From NCBI RefSeq assembly GCF_009914755.1, contig NC_060944.1: a stretch of DNA of 64,000 bases. One strand, 5' to 3'. Positions within the stretch are counted from its first letter, which is position 1; every line of letters begins with the position of its first letter. Below, piece by piece: positions 39,025 through 53,115 of this stretch. Position numbers and translations under genes: made by a program. This DNA comes from the human T2T-CHM13v2.0 reference genome, Homo sapiens. Below the pieces are notes generated by a model, which searched no databases, had not been told where the DNA came from, and worked only from the letters and a program-made list of their open reading frames with translations.

Positions 39025-40063
39025 TTTCTTTTTTTTTTTTTACTTTTTTACTTTCAACTTTTAGATTCAGGGGTACATGTGCAGGATGTGCAGGTATGTT
39101 ACATAGGCAAATGTGTATGATGGTGTTTTGCTGCACAGATTATTCCATCACCCAGGTATTAAGCCCAACATTCATTAGCTATCCTTCTTGATCCTCTCCC
39201 TCCTCCCACCCTCCACTCTCTGACAGGCCCCAGTGTGTTGTTCCCCCAGTGTGTCCATGTGTTCTCATCATTTAGCTCCCACTTAATAAGAGAGAATATG
39301 TGGTATTTGGTTTTCTGTTCCTGTGTTAGTTTGCTAAGGATAATGGCCTCCAGTTCCATTCATGTCCCTGCAAAGGACATGATCTCGTTTCTTTTAATGG
39401 TTGCATAGTATTCCATGGTGTATATGTACCACATTTTCTTTATCCAGACTATCACTGACGGGCATTTAGGTTGATGCCATGTCTTTGCTATTGTGAATAG
39501 TGGTGGAATGAACATATGTGTGCATGTGTCTTTATAATAGAACAATTTGTATTTCTTTAGTTATATACCCAGTAATGGGATTGCTAGGTCAAATGGTATT
39601 TCTGCCTCTAGGCCTTTAAGGAATCATCACACTGTCTTCCACAATAGTTGAACTAATTTACACTCTGACTAACAGTGTAAAATCATTCCTTTTTCTCCAT
39701 AACCTTGCCAGCATTTGTTTTTTGACTTTTTAATAATAGCCATTATGCCTGGTGTGAGACGGTATCTCGTTGTGGTTTTGATTTGCATTTCTCTAATGAT
39801 CAATGACGTTGAGCATTTTTTCATATGATTGTTGGCCACATGTATGTCTTCTTTTGAGATATGTCTGTTTGTGTCCTTTGCCCACTTTTTAGCAGGGTTT
39901 TTTTCTTGAAAATTTGTTTAAGTTTCTTATAGATGCTGGATAATAGACCTTTATCGGATAGATAGATTGAAAACATTTTCTCTCATTCTGGAGATTGTCT
40001 GTTACTCTGTTGATAGTTGTTTTTGCTGTACAGAAGCTCTTTTGTTTAATTAGATCCCATTTG
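39025..40063 (-). mobile_element. Older L1PA (about L1PA13) 3' end
   Basis: Poly(T), antisense 3' UTR and ORF2 C-terminus, collinear with 17797-18809. Confidence 0.95.
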
Positions 40064-40387
40064 GGGGATCAGCCATTTCAGCCTGCAGTCTTTGGAGAGT
40101 CCAAGCTGACTAGGGCAGAGGCAGCTCCCCAGCACGGCATGGCTGTTTTGTCAAGGCGTGGCCAGACTGATTAAAGCGGGACCTCAATACATTCCTCCTC
40201 ACTAAGTAGGACCTCCCAGCCAGAGCCTCCAGCCACCCTCACTCACCCATATTCTATGGAGACAGCTCTGATCTTTCCCTGGGATGGAGTGTCTGACAGG
40301 AGGGGCAGGCTGTCACCTTGGTTGTTAGGACAACTCAGCCATTCCAGCCTGTGGCCTTTAGAGGCAGAGGAGGTTCCCATCACAGCA
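40064..40387 (+). mobile_element. L1PA13-16-type 5' UTR fragment in opposite orientation (inverted 5' part of the adjacent L1)
   Basis: tcagccatttcagcctgcagtctttggagagtccaagc...ggacctcccagccagagcctccagccacc; monomer restarts at ctcagccattccagcctgtgg (~40335). Confidence 0.75.
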
Positions 40388-41068
40388 GGGCAGAGTCCCC
40401 AGCCCATGAAACCACTTTTTCCTCCTGGGCCTCTGGGCTTGTGATGGGAGAGGCTGCTATGAAGTTCTCTGACATGGCCTGGAGAAATTTTCCCTATGGC
40501 CTTGGAGATTAACATTAGGCTTCCTGCTACTTATGCAAATTTCTGCAGCCAGCTTGAATTTCTCCCCAGAAAATGGGTTTTTCTTTTCTACTGCATCATC
40601 AGGTTACAAATTTTCTGAGCTTTTATGCTCTTTTCCCTTTTAAAACAGAATGCTTTTAACAGCCCCCAAGTCACCTTTTGAAGGCTTTGCTGCTTAGAAA
40701 TTTCTTTTGCCAGATATCCTGAATCATCTCTCTCAGGTTCAAAGTTCCACAAATCTCTGGGGCAGAGGCAAAATGCCACCAGTCTCTGCTAAAACATAAC
40801 AAAAGTCACCTTTGCACCAGTTCCCAACAAGCTCCTCATCTCCATTTGAGACCACCTCAGCCTGGACCTTATTGTCCATGTCGCTATCAGGCTTTTGGTC
40901 AGAGCCACTCAACAAGCCTCTAGGAAGTTCCAAACTTTCCCACATCTTCCTATCTTCTTCTGAGCCCTCCAAACTGTTCTAACCTCTGCCTGTTACCCAG
41001 TTCCAAAGTTGCTTCCATATTTTTGGGTATCTTTTCAGCAACACCCCACTCTACTTGTACTAATTTAC
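40388..41068 (-). mobile_element. THE1 internal region, 5' ~680 bp only
   Basis: tgctacttatgcaaatttctgcagccagcttgaattt...caccccactctacttgtactaatttac; ORF remnants MEGSEEDRKMWESLELPR... Confidence 0.92.
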
Positions 41069-41423
41069 TGTATTACTCCATTTTTACACTGCTGCTAAAG
41101 ACATACATGAGACTGGGAAGAAAAGGAGGGTTTAATTTGACTTACAGTTCCACATGGCTGGGGATGTCTCATAATCTTGGTGGAGGGTGAAAGGCACTTC
41201 TTACATAGCGGCAGCAAGAGAGAATGAGGAAGAAGCAAAAGTGGAAACCCCTGGTAAACCCATTAGATCTCATGAGACTTATTCCCTATCATGAGAATAG
41301 CATTGGAAAGACCAGCCCCCATGATTCAATTACCTCCCCCTGGGTCCCTCCCACAACATGTGGGAATTCTGGAAGATACAATTCAAGTTGAGATTTGGGT
41401 GGGGGCACAGCCAAACCATATCA
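41069..41423 (-). mobile_element. THE1 (C-like) 5' LTR
   Basis: tgtatta...aaagacatacatgagactgggaagaaaagg...gagatttgggtgggggcacagccaaaccatatca. Confidence 0.95.
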
Positions 41424-42841
41424 GTAGCCTAGTCTTTAGCTTTAAGAAACTTTCTAGTTTCTAGAAAAAGAAGATAAAACCTAATGCAAGTAGAAGGAAA
41501 GAAATAATAAGCATTACAAAATATATTAATGAAATAGTAAATAGAAAAATGGTAGAGAAAATTAAACACACCAAATGTTGGTTCTTTACAATAATCAATA
41601 AAACAGATATACTTTTAGAAAGACTAACCAGGTAAAAAGTGAGAAGGCTCAAATTATTAAAATTATAAATGAAAGAGATGATATTACTACTTACCTAACC
41701 AAAATAAAAAGGGTCAAAAGGGAACAAAATGAATGATTTTATGCCAATAAATTATCAACCTGGAGAAAATTGACAACTTTCTAGAAAGGCATAAAGTAGG
41801 AAACTTATTTAAGAATTAATAGAAATTTTGAATAGACCTATAACAAGTAAAGAGAATAATTAATTAAAAAAAGCTTTTTTTAAAACTTTTTTTAACTTTT
41901 TAAAACAAATTTTAGAAAACTTTTTTTAACTTTTTAAAACAAATTTTAGAAAACTTTAACTTTTAAAACAATTTTTAAAAACTTTTTTTTTAACTTTAAA
42001 AAAATTTTTTTAAAACTTTTTTTAACTTTTTAAAAAAGATTTTTAAAACCTTTTTTTTTTTAAAAAAAATGCTGAGGATCAGATGGCTTCCCTGGTGAAT
42101 TCTTTCCAAGTTTAAAGTAGAATTAACAATAATTTCTCACAAACTCTTCCAAAATGTAGAAGAGGAAAAACTTTCCAACCATTAGCTCAGGCTAGTATTA
42201 TCCTTATGCCAACCTCAAACAAAGTCATTACAAGAACAAATACCTACAATTAATATATTTTATGAATATAAATGCAAAAATTCTCAACAAAACACTAAGA
42301 AAGCAAATCTAGCAACATATAAAAAGAATTACACATTGTAATCAAGTAGGATTTGTTCCAGAATGTAAGACTGGCTCAACATACAAAAATCAATCAATGT
42401 AACATACCGTATTAATAGAACAAAAAACAAAAATACATGCTCATCTCAACACACACAGAAAAATCATTTGACATAATCTGACATACTGTCATAAAAATAT
42501 TCAACATGTACAGAAGCAAATATTCATAAAAAAGAAAAATAATATAAACAAAAAATACTCAACATATAAAGAATGTAAAATACTTTAATAAAAGGTATCT
42601 ACAAAAAATCCCACAGATAACCTTACATTTAATGACAAAAGTCTGAAACTTTTTCTTCTAAGATAAGGAACATGACAAAGGCATGTGTTCTTGGCATTTC
42701 TATTCAACATAGTAATGGAGATTCTAGGCTGAGCAATTAGGCAAGAACAAGAAATAATAAAAGGCATACAGAGTATAAAGAACAAATAAAACTGTCTGTA
42801 TTTGTAGATGGCATGATCTTTTACATAGAAAATAACAAGGA
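41424..42841 (+). mobile_element. Old L1M ORF2 fragment (host of the full-length L1MA; resumes at ~50596-50680)
   Basis: aatagacctataacaagtaaagag, gatggcttccctggtgaattct, atgcaaaaattctcaacaaaa, RT motif remnant tttgtagatggcatgatc. Confidence 0.9.
41865..42069. repeat. A/T-run minisatellite, ~34 bp unit, ~6 copies
   Basis: aaaactttttttaactttttaaaacaaattttag repeated with variable run lengths. Confidence 0.9.
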
Positions 42842-45800
42842 GAGGAGGCAGATCAAGATAACCAAATAGAACCCTCAAGAGATCTTCCCCCACTCAGGAA
42901 CACAAAATTGAAACAGACAAAAAAACATAAAAGAAAGTTCTCCACACAAGAAAGCACCTTCATAAGAACAAAAAACCAGGTGAATGATCACAGTATCTTG
43001 TTTTAAAATCATATTAATAAAAGGAGCATTGAAGAGGATAGGAAAAACTGTCTTGAATTGCCTATATTATTCCTCCCACATCCCCAAGCAGCACTGTGTG
43101 GTGGGAGAGAAAATCTGTGTGTTTGGGGCAAGAAGAGTACAATTATTGTAGGACTTTGCTTTGGAACTCAATGCTGCCCTGTCCCAGCATAAAGCAACAC
43201 AGGGCAGAATTCAGCTAGTGTCCTCGGAGGGAGCATTTAGACCATCCCTAGTCAGAGGAAAATTGCCCATCCCCAGAGGTCAGAGTCTGAGTTCTGGCTA
43301 GCCCCACTACCATGGGCTAAAAGGCTCTGGGGTCCTAATTAAACTAGAAAGGCAGGAAAGGCCACAAGGACTGCAATTCCTGGGCAAGTCCTGGTGCTGC
43401 GATGAGCTCAGAGCCAGTGGACTTGGGGTGCATGCAACCCAGTGAGACAACAGCTGGGGCTGCCAAGGAAGTGGTTTTTTTGCCCCTCCCCCCAACTTCA
43501 GGTAGCACAACTCACAGCTCTAAGAGGAAAGGAAAAAGTGAAGAGGACTTTGTCTTGCAGCCTGGATACCAGCTCAGCCACAGTGAAATAAGGCACCAAG
43601 CAGAGTCCTGATGTCCCTGTTCTAGGTTACATCTAGGGCATTTCTAGACCCATCCTGGGCCAGAAGGAAATCAACTGCCCTGAAGGAAAGGACCTAGTCC
43701 TGGAAGAATTTACCACCTGCTGACTAAGGAGCCCTTGGGCCTTGAGTAATCATCAGCAGGAGCCAGGCAGCAGTTGCCACAGGCCTTAGGCAAGGCCCAC
43801 TACTGTGCTGGCTTCAAGTGTGACCCAGCACATTTCCAGCTGTGGTGGCCATGGGAAGAGACTCCTGCTTGAAGTGAGGAGAAAAGAGTAAAAAGAACTT
43901 TGTCTTGCAATTTGGGTGCCAGCTCATCCACAGTAAAAAAAGCATGAAGCAGGTTCCTAAAGGTCCCCATTCCAGGCCTTAGGTTCTAGAGGGCATTTCT
44001 AGACCTGCCTTAAATCCTGAGTGAGTTTCAAAGAAGGAAACCCACTGCTATGAAGGAAGGAGGCCCAAGCCTGGTAGAACTCACTACCTGTTGACTAAAG
44101 AGTCCTTGATCCTTGAATAATCATCAGCAGTAGCCAGACAGTAGTCACCATGGGCCTGGGGCAGTGGTGGCCATGGGGAAAAACTCCCTCTTCTTGAGGA
44201 AAGGAGAGGAACAAGTAAACAATACTTTGTTTTGCAACCTGAGTATCAGCTCACCCCTAGTAAAACAAAGCACCAAGTAGATATATAAAGCCCTCAATCC
44301 TATGCCCTAGCTACTGGGTGGCATTTCTAGGCCCCCCATATACCAGAAGCAAACCTGCAGCACTGAAGGGAAAGACCCATTCATGACAGGATTCACCAAC
44401 TGCTGACTAAAGAGCCCCTGGGCCTTGAATAAAAATCAGCAATGTCCAAGCAGTACTTGCTGTGGGCCTTAGGTGAGATTCAGTACTATGCTGGCTTCAG
44501 GTGTGACCCGGCACAGTTCCAGCAGTGGCGGCCATGGGAGTGTTTGCATCACCCACCTCCAGGCTGCTCGCACAGAGATAGACACCATTTGTGGTGGTAA
44601 TCCAGGGAAATTTCCCAGATCTTACCCAAGACCACCAAGGCAATACCTCTATGAGACTGCAAGAGTCACAGTGTTTGGCATGCCTTCAAATGCACATGCA
44701 GCTGCAGTGAACAAAGACAGATCTCAACACTAAATTCCCTTTGAATACTTGGAAAGTCTTCTTAAGAAGGACAGGAACAAGCAAGCCAGACAGTGAATAT
44801 CAGAGTAAGTACCTAGCTCTTCAGTGCCCAGACATTGATAAAAATCCACAATCATCAACATTGTCCAGAAACACATGACCTCACCAAACAAACTAAATAA
44901 GATACCAGTAACCAGTTCTAGAGTGACAGAAATATGTGACATTTCAGATAATTCAAAATAATTGTTTTGAGGAAGCTTAATGAAATCCAAGATAACGCAG
45001 AGAAGAAGTTCAGAATCCTATTGAATACATTTAACAAGGAGATTGAAATAATTAAAAATAATCAGGCAGAAATTCTGGGGGTGAAGAATTTAATTCACAA
45101 ACTGAAGAGTGCATCAGAGTCTCTCAACAGCAGAACTGATGAAGAAGAATAAAAGATTAGTAAGCTTGAAGACAGGCTATTTGAAAATACACACAGGAGT
45201 TAACAGAAAAAAGAATAAAAAATAATGAAGCATACCTACAGGATCTAAAGAATAGCCTCAAAAGGGCAAAGCTAAGAATTATTGGAGGTAGGGGTAGAAA
45301 GTTTATTCCAAGGTATAATAACAAAGAACTTTCCAAACCTAGAGAAAGATATCAATATTCAATTACAGAAGGTTATATAACACCAAGCAGATTTAACCCA
45401 AATAAGACTGTCACAAAACATTTAATAGTCAAACTCTTAAAGGTCAAGAATTAAGAAGGGCTTCTAAAAGCAGCAAAAGAAATAACGTAGCATATAAAGG
45501 AGTGCCAATACAGCTGGCAGCAGATTTCTTAGTGGATCTTTACAGGCGAGGAAAAGTGGCATGATATATTTAAAGTGCCGAAGGGGGAAAAGAAAACTTT
45601 TATACTAGAATAATGTTTCTAGTGAAAATATCCTTCAAACATGAAGGAAATACAAAGACTTTCCTAGACAAACAAAAGCTGAGGAATTTTGTCAACACCA
45701 GACCTGTCATTCAAGAGATGCTAAAGAGAGTTCTTCAATCTGAAGAAAAAAGATATTAACAAGCAATAAGATATCATCTGAATATGCAAAACTCACTTGC

Positions 45801-46304
45801 TATTCGCAAACCTCATGGTAACCTCAAGTCAAATATCTTAAAACTGTTACATGATAAATATAAAGCAAGAAATTAAAATATAATGCTAGACAAAATAACT
45901 TTTACAAAAAGGAAGATAAGATGAAAGAAAGGAAGGGAGAGAGGAAGAAAAAACAACCAGAAAACAACAAAATGGCAGGAGTAAGTTCTCACTTACCAAT
46001 AGAAACATTAAATATAAATAAACTAAATTCTTTAATCAAAAGACATAGTGGTTGAATGGGTAAAAAAACCCCGTAAGATTCATTGGTCCGTTGCCTACAA
46101 TAAACACACTTCATCTATAAAGACACACATAGACTGAAAATAAAGGGCTGGAAAAAGATATTCCATGCAAAGGGAAATCAAAGGAGAGCAGGAGTAGCTA
46201 TACTGAGATCAGATAAAATAGATTTCTATAAAAACTACAAAAAAAAGACAAGGAAGGTCATTATACAATGATAAAGGAATCAATTCAGCAAGAGGATGTA
46301 ACAA

Positions 46305-46305
46305 T

Positions 46306-46364
<59 letters not shown>

Positions 46365-46366
46365 TA
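46305..46366. repeat. Compound (TA)n(TG)n(TA)n microsatellite in the L1 endonuclease region
   Basis: tatatatat gtgtgt...gtgt atatatatatattatatatatat. Confidence 0.95.
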
Positions 46367-49300
46367 TTTCCAACACTGGAGCACCCAGATATATAAAGCA
46401 AATATTATTAAGCTAAAGAGAGGTAGAGAGGTAGACTCCAATACAAAAATAGCTTGAGGCTTTAACACCCCACTTTCAGCATTGGAAAGATCATCCAGAC
46501 AAAAAATAATCAAAGAAACATCATAATTAATCTGGACTATAGACCAAATGGACCTAATAGATATTCACAGAACATTACATCCCCTGGTTGCAGAATACAC
46601 ATTCTTCTCTTCAACTTATGGATCATCTTCAAGAATAAGCCATACATTAGGCCACAAAACAAGTCTTTAAAAATTAAAAAAAGAAATTATATCAAGTATT
46701 TTCTCTGGCAACAATGGAATAGAACTAGAAATCAGTAACAAGAGGAACTTTGGAAACTATACATGGAAATTAGACAATATGCTCCTGAATTACCAGTGGG
46801 TCAATGAAGAATTAAGCAGAAAATTTAAAAATTATTTGAAACAAATGATAATGGAAACACAACATACCAAAATCTATAGGATATAGTAGAAACAGGACTA
46901 AGAAGAAAGTTTATAGCAATAAGCAACATCAAAAATGTAGAAAATCTTCAATTAAACAACACAACAATAAATATTAAATAACTAGAAAAGCAAGAGCAAA
47001 CCAAATTCGAAATTATTTATTGAAAGAGAATAATAAATATATGAGCAGAAATAAGTGAAATTGAAACTAAAAAATATAAAAGATCAATGAAATGAAAAGT
47101 TGGTTTCTTGAAGGGATAAACAAAATTGACAAACCTTTAGCCACACTAGAGAAAGAGAGAAGACCAAAAGAAATGAAATCAGACATGAAAAGGAGATATT
47201 AGAACTGATACCACAGAAATTCAAAGGATAATTAGAGACTACTGTGAGCAACTGTATGCCAATGAATTGGAAAAGCTAGAAGAAATGAATAATTTCCTAG
47301 ACACATACAATCTATCAAGCTTGAATCATGAAGAAATTCTAAGCCTGAATAGACCAATAACAAGTGATGAGATTGAAGCCATAATCAAATGAATCCAAGC
47401 AAAGCAAAGCACAGGACCCTATAGCTTCACTGCTGAATTCTACCAAATTTTTAAAGAGCTAATTTCAACCCTACTCAAGATATTCCAAAAAATAGAGGAG
47501 GAAGGAATACTTCCGAACTACTTCTATGAGGCCAATATTACCCTGATGTCAAAATGAGACAAAGACAAAATCGAAAAAAGAAAATAGGACCATGTCTCTG
47601 ATGAACCCTGATGCAAAAGTCCTCAACAAAATGCTAGCAACCTGAATTCAATAGCACATTAAAAAGATAATTTATCATGACCAAGTGGGATTTATTCCAG
47701 GGATAAAAGCATGATTCAATATATGCAAATCAATCAATGTGATAAGTCACATTAACATAATAAAAGGCAAAAACCATGTGATCATTTCAATTGATGCTGA
47801 AAAAGCATTTGATAAAATTTAACATCCTTTCATTATAAAAACCCTCAAACAACTAAGTATAGAAGGAACATACCTCAACACAGCAACAGCTGTATATGAC
47901 AGACCCACAGCTAGTATCATACTAGATGGGAAAAAATAATGGAAAGCCTTTCCTCTAAGATTAAGAAACAAGACAAGGATGTCCACTTTCACCGTTGTTA
48001 TCCCACATAGTCCCAGATGTTCTAACTAAAGTAATCAGTCAAGAAAAAGAAATAAGGGGCATCCAAATTAAAAAGGAAGAAGTCAAATTATTCTCCTTTG
48101 CAGGTAATATGATCTTATATTTAGAAACCTAAAAAAACTATTAGAATGGATAAACAAATTTAATAAAGTTACAGGATACAAAGTCAACATACAAAAGTCA
48201 GTAGCATATCTATATGCCAACAGCAAACAATGTGAAAAAGAAATTAAGCAAGTGATCCCATTTACAATAGCTACAAGTAAAACAAGATACCAAGGTGCAA
48301 ACTTATTTAAAGAAGTTGAAGAGCTCTACAATGAAAATTATAAAACACTGATGCAAGCAATTGAAGAAAACACACACAAATTTGAAAAATATTTCATGTT
48401 AATGGGTTAGAAGAATCAATATTGTGTAAATGCCCATACTACTCAAAGCAATCTATAGATTCAATGCAATTCCTATCAAAATACCAATTACATTCTTCAC
48501 AGAAATAGAAAAAATAATCCTAGAATGTACATGAAACCACAAAAGACCTAGACTAGCCAAAATCATCCTGAGGAAAAGGAACAAAACCAGAAGAATCAGG
48601 TTACCTGACATCAAATTATGCTACAGCACTATAGTAACCAAAGCAGCATGTGTACTGGCAAACAAACAGACACACAGACCAATAGAACAAGGTGGAGAAT
48701 GCAGAAATAGATCCATACATCTACAGTTAACTCATTTGTGTCAAAGTTGCTAAGAACATACACTGGGGAAAAGACAGTCTCTTCAATAAGTGGTGCTGGG
48801 AAAACTGAATATTCATATGCAGAAGAATGAAACTAGACCCCTATCTGTCACCATACACAAAAGTCAAATCAAAATGGATTAAAGACTTAAATCTAAGACT
48901 TCAAGCTATGAAACTACTAAAAGAAAACATTGGGGAAACCCTCCAGGGCATTGGTCTAGGGAAAAATTCCTTGAGTAATGCCCCCCAAAAAAGTCAACCA
49001 AATAAAAAATGGACAAATGAGATTAATCATATCAAATTAAAAAGCTTCTGCACAGTAAAAAACAAACAAAACAAAACAAAACAAAACAAAAAACCCACCA
49101 AAAATCCAAAAAACACAAAAGAAAACCGTAAAACAGTCAACAAAATGAAGAGACAACTCACAGAATGAGAGACAACAGTTGCAAGCTATCCATCTGACAA
49201 GGGATTAAAAACCGGAATATGTAAGGAGTTCACACAACTCAACAGGAAAAAAGATCTAATAATTCAATTTAAAAATGGGCAAAAGATATAAATCGGCATT

Positions 49301-49784
49301 TCTCGAAAGAAGACAGACAAATTGCAAAAAAGTATGTGAAAAGTGCTCAACATCACTGATCAGAGAAATGCAAATCAAAACTACAATGAGATATCCTGTC
49401 ATCACAGTTAAAATGGCTTTTATCCAAAAGACAGGCAATAACGAATACTGGTGAGGATGTGAAGAAATAGGAACCCTAGTACACGGTTGGGGGAAATGTA
49501 AATTAGTACAGCCACTATGGAGAATAGTATGGAGGTCCCTCAAAAAACTAAACATAGAGCTATTATGTGATGCAGAAATCGCACTTCTAGGTATATACTC
49601 AAAAGAAAGGAAATCAGTATATGAAAGAGATATCTGCACTCCCACACTTATTGTAGCACCATTCACCATAGTCGAGATTTGGAGTCAACCTAAGTATCCA
49701 TCAACAGAGGAATGGATAAAAAAAAATGTGGTAAATATACACAATGGAGTACTAATTCTGTCATTAAAAAAAAAAAAAAAATGA

Positions 49785-50118
<334 letters not shown>

Positions 50119-51139
50119 TTATGTTAAGTGAAGTAAGGCAGGCACAGAAAGACAAACATTGCGTGTTATCACTCATTTGTGGGAACTAAAAGTTGAAAGA
50201 ATTGAACTCATGGAGATAGAGAGTAAAATCATGGTTAACAGAGGTTAGGAAGGGTAGTCGGGTAAGGAGAAGAGTAGGGATGATTAATGAGTACAAAAAT
50301 ATAGTTAGATACAATGAATAAGATATAGTATTTGATAGTACAACAGAGTGACTACAGTCGGCAATAATTTGTTGTACATTTTAAAACAACCAAGGGAGTA
50401 CAAATTGAAAGTTCGTAACAGTGAGATGATGAATACTTGGGGTGATGGATACCTCATTTATCCTGGTGTGATTATTACACATTGTATGCCTATATCAAAA
50501 TATCTCATGTACCCCATAAATATATATACCTGTTATAAATTAAAATATGTATTACAATTTACCATAAAATATGCCCATAAAAATTAAAATTTAAAATAAA
50601 AAAAGGAATCTAGAAAAATGTATCAAAGCAAATAAAATTCAGCGAGAATTCAGATCAACAAATAAAAATCAATCAACTGTGAAAACAAGTTTATCTCCTT
50701 CATGCATGGAAAGTACTTCAATAAATTGTATTTCAATAAGTGACCTTGTGAATGGCAACATTTGAATGACTAGTACTCCCACCTATAAGGAATTATGGCC
50801 ATCTCTATAATGGGTTAAAAAGGTTAAAAAAAAAATACAATGTCTCATCAGGGGCTTTTGACTTACAAACAAACATCACAGAGTCCACCATACTTCACTC
50901 CCTGAACTGCCACTTAGAAACTTATCTCACTGAGGAAGAACAGAACCTAGTGAGGTCTCTCTTCCTGGGCCTACGACAGAAAAATGCGGGTAGGACTAAC
51001 CTGCTCACTTGATGTTGAGCCTCTTGAAGATAGAGCGTTAAGTCACCAGTACTCAAAGTAGTCATTCTATAACATTTACTGAACACCTACTGTGTCCTCT
51101 AGCACTATGATAATTTATTCAACCATCATAATAAGAAAG

Positions 51140-51255
51140 AAACATGCTCCTTGAGAACAAGGACTTTACCTGGATCAATCAACATTTTACTTCTAGCAGC
51201 TGGAATGATGCTTGGCCCATAGTGGGCATAAAATATATTAGTTGATTGACTCAAT
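51140..51255 (+). mobile_element. L2 3' end
   Basis: gctccttgagaacaaggact...gaatgatgcttggcccatagtgggc...atattagttgattga. Confidence 0.7.
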
Positions 51256-51419
51256 GACCTGTTAAAGTCTAGTCTTTCTTTGTAGCAAAACTACATATCA
51301 GAATAAAATGCATGAGAGAAAATCCAGCCTAATTTCTATCAAAATAGGTTATTCACAAAATATAGTAAGAAATTACCAGGAGCACAGCAGTGTATCCTGT
51401 GGCTGAGAACTACTATGCC

Positions 51420-51605
51420 TAGGGTTGCCAAATATAGCAAATACAAATACAACATGCCTAGTTATACTTGAATTTTAGATAAACACCGAACAATATTTCA
51501 ACATAAACATAATGCAATATTTGGAACACATTTATGCAAAAAATTGTTTGTTGTTCTTCTAAAATTTGTTTAACTGGGTATCTGGTATTTTACCTGGCAA
51601 TCCTA
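51420..51605. mobile_element. MER53 hAT MITE
   Basis: TIRs tagggttgcca / tggcaatccta; 186 bp; degenerate 8 bp TSD actatgcc / actgtact. Confidence 0.9.
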
Positions 51606-51821
51606 ACTGTACTAGATAATGCCCCATACCCAACACAATACCAGGATCCAATAGGTATTGGTTGAATGGATAAATGAATGGATGAATAGATAAATAAATA
51701 AACAAGTGTTTGCTTACAATCTCTACTTCTCTTTTTTGGGCACAATATTTAGGCAAATGTCAGCATATGTCCTATTTTATATCATCTGCAACATCATCTT
51801 CTGCCCTTGGAATCAGAGCTT

Positions 51822-52087
51822 ATCACTGAGGGTCAAGAGGGTCATTTGGCCTGGGCTACACAGTTTCAAAGGGTTTTTATTTTAGATTTTTCAAAATTAT
51901 CTTTAGATTACATTACTTATGGGGATGGCATTGGGGTATAAAAGTGAAAGAAAATCACTGAGGGCCAAGAGGGTCATTTGGCCTGGGCTACACAGTCTCA
52001 GAGGGTTTTTATTTTAGATTTTTCAAAATTATCTTTAGATTGCATTACTTATGGGGTTGGCATTGGGGTATAGAAGTGAAAGAAAAT
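51822..52087 (+). repeat. 132 bp tandem duplication of unique sequence
   Basis: Copies start at 51822 and 51954; 6 substitutions counted, no indels. Confidence 0.98.
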
Positions 52088-52139
52088 GTCTATCAAACAA
52101 CTTTAAAATTAACTGATTAATAGACCACACCACCAGCCT

Positions 52140-52612
52140 TGCATTAGTTTACTACTGCCACTCTAACAATTTACCACAAACTCTGTGGCTTAAAACACCA
52201 CAAGTGTATTATCTTACAAGTCTGACCATCAGAAGTTTGAAAATGTGTCTTAGAGGGCTAAATCAAGGTGTTGGCAGGGCTGCATCCCTTTTGGAGGCTC
52301 TAGAGGAAAATCCATCCCTTGCCTTTTCCAGCTTAGAAAGGCATGCATCTCTCTTCCAACAGTGGCATTTCTCTAACCTCTGCTCCTATCTTCACATCTC
52401 CTTTTCTGACTCGGAAACTCGGGACTCCTTTTTATAAGGATCCTTGTGATTACATTGGGCTCACTCAGATAATCCAGCATAATATCCCCTCCTCTCAGGA
52501 TCCTTAATTTAATTACGCCTGCAAAGTCCCACCTATCATGTAAGGTACTGTACTCACAGGTCCCAGCAATTAGGACATGGAACTCCTTTGGAGCCATTTT
52601 TTGGCCTACAAG
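52140..52612 (-). mobile_element. MLT1C/D-like MaLR solo LTR
   Basis: ttaccacaaactctgtggcttaaaacacc...atcaaggtgttggcagggctgc...ccttgtgattacattgggc...ttaggacatgga. Confidence 0.9.
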
Positions 52613-52827
52613 AAGCACTGTAAGTTAATTGTAATATATTGCATGGTGCCCTTTACAAGTGTTCACTGGTTAAATGTAAACTTTAAAAAATTCACACATT
52701 TTTATAATTTGTGTTCTTTTTTTAATTTTTTAATATTTTTGGAGGCTCTTTTGCCTTCTGAGAGGTCCTCCTTGAAGCAACATGATTTCTTATCTCAATA
52801 ATGGAAGAATTGTTTGTTACACCAAAC

Positions 52828-52998
52828 CAGTGGTTCTCAATCTTGGCTACCCATTAGAGTCAACTTTTTTGTTGAGTTCCTATGTTAAGGCTGCACACCA
52901 AATTAATTAAATCAGGATCCCTGTGGAATGGACCAGAATTCAATATTTTTAAAAGGTACTGAAGTGATTCCAGTGGGTGTCTGAAACTGAGGGCCACT
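52828..52998 (+). mobile_element. MER5B MITE
   Basis: cagtggttctcaatcttggctacccattagagtca...ttaattaaatcaggatc...agtgattcca. Confidence 0.75.
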
Positions 52999-53115
52999 TC
53001 ATTCAGTTTATCCTTCCTCTGCTTACCTAACCTGCTTTTCTCTTCTTCTACTCCTTCCCTATCTTCTCTTCTGGCCCCTTTTTTCCTGTTATCTGTAAGT
53101 TTGTCTCTCTCCCTT

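Noticed and set aside
40588-40972. Gag-like ORFs
   Set aside because: Frameshifted THE1 internal remnants in a truncated element
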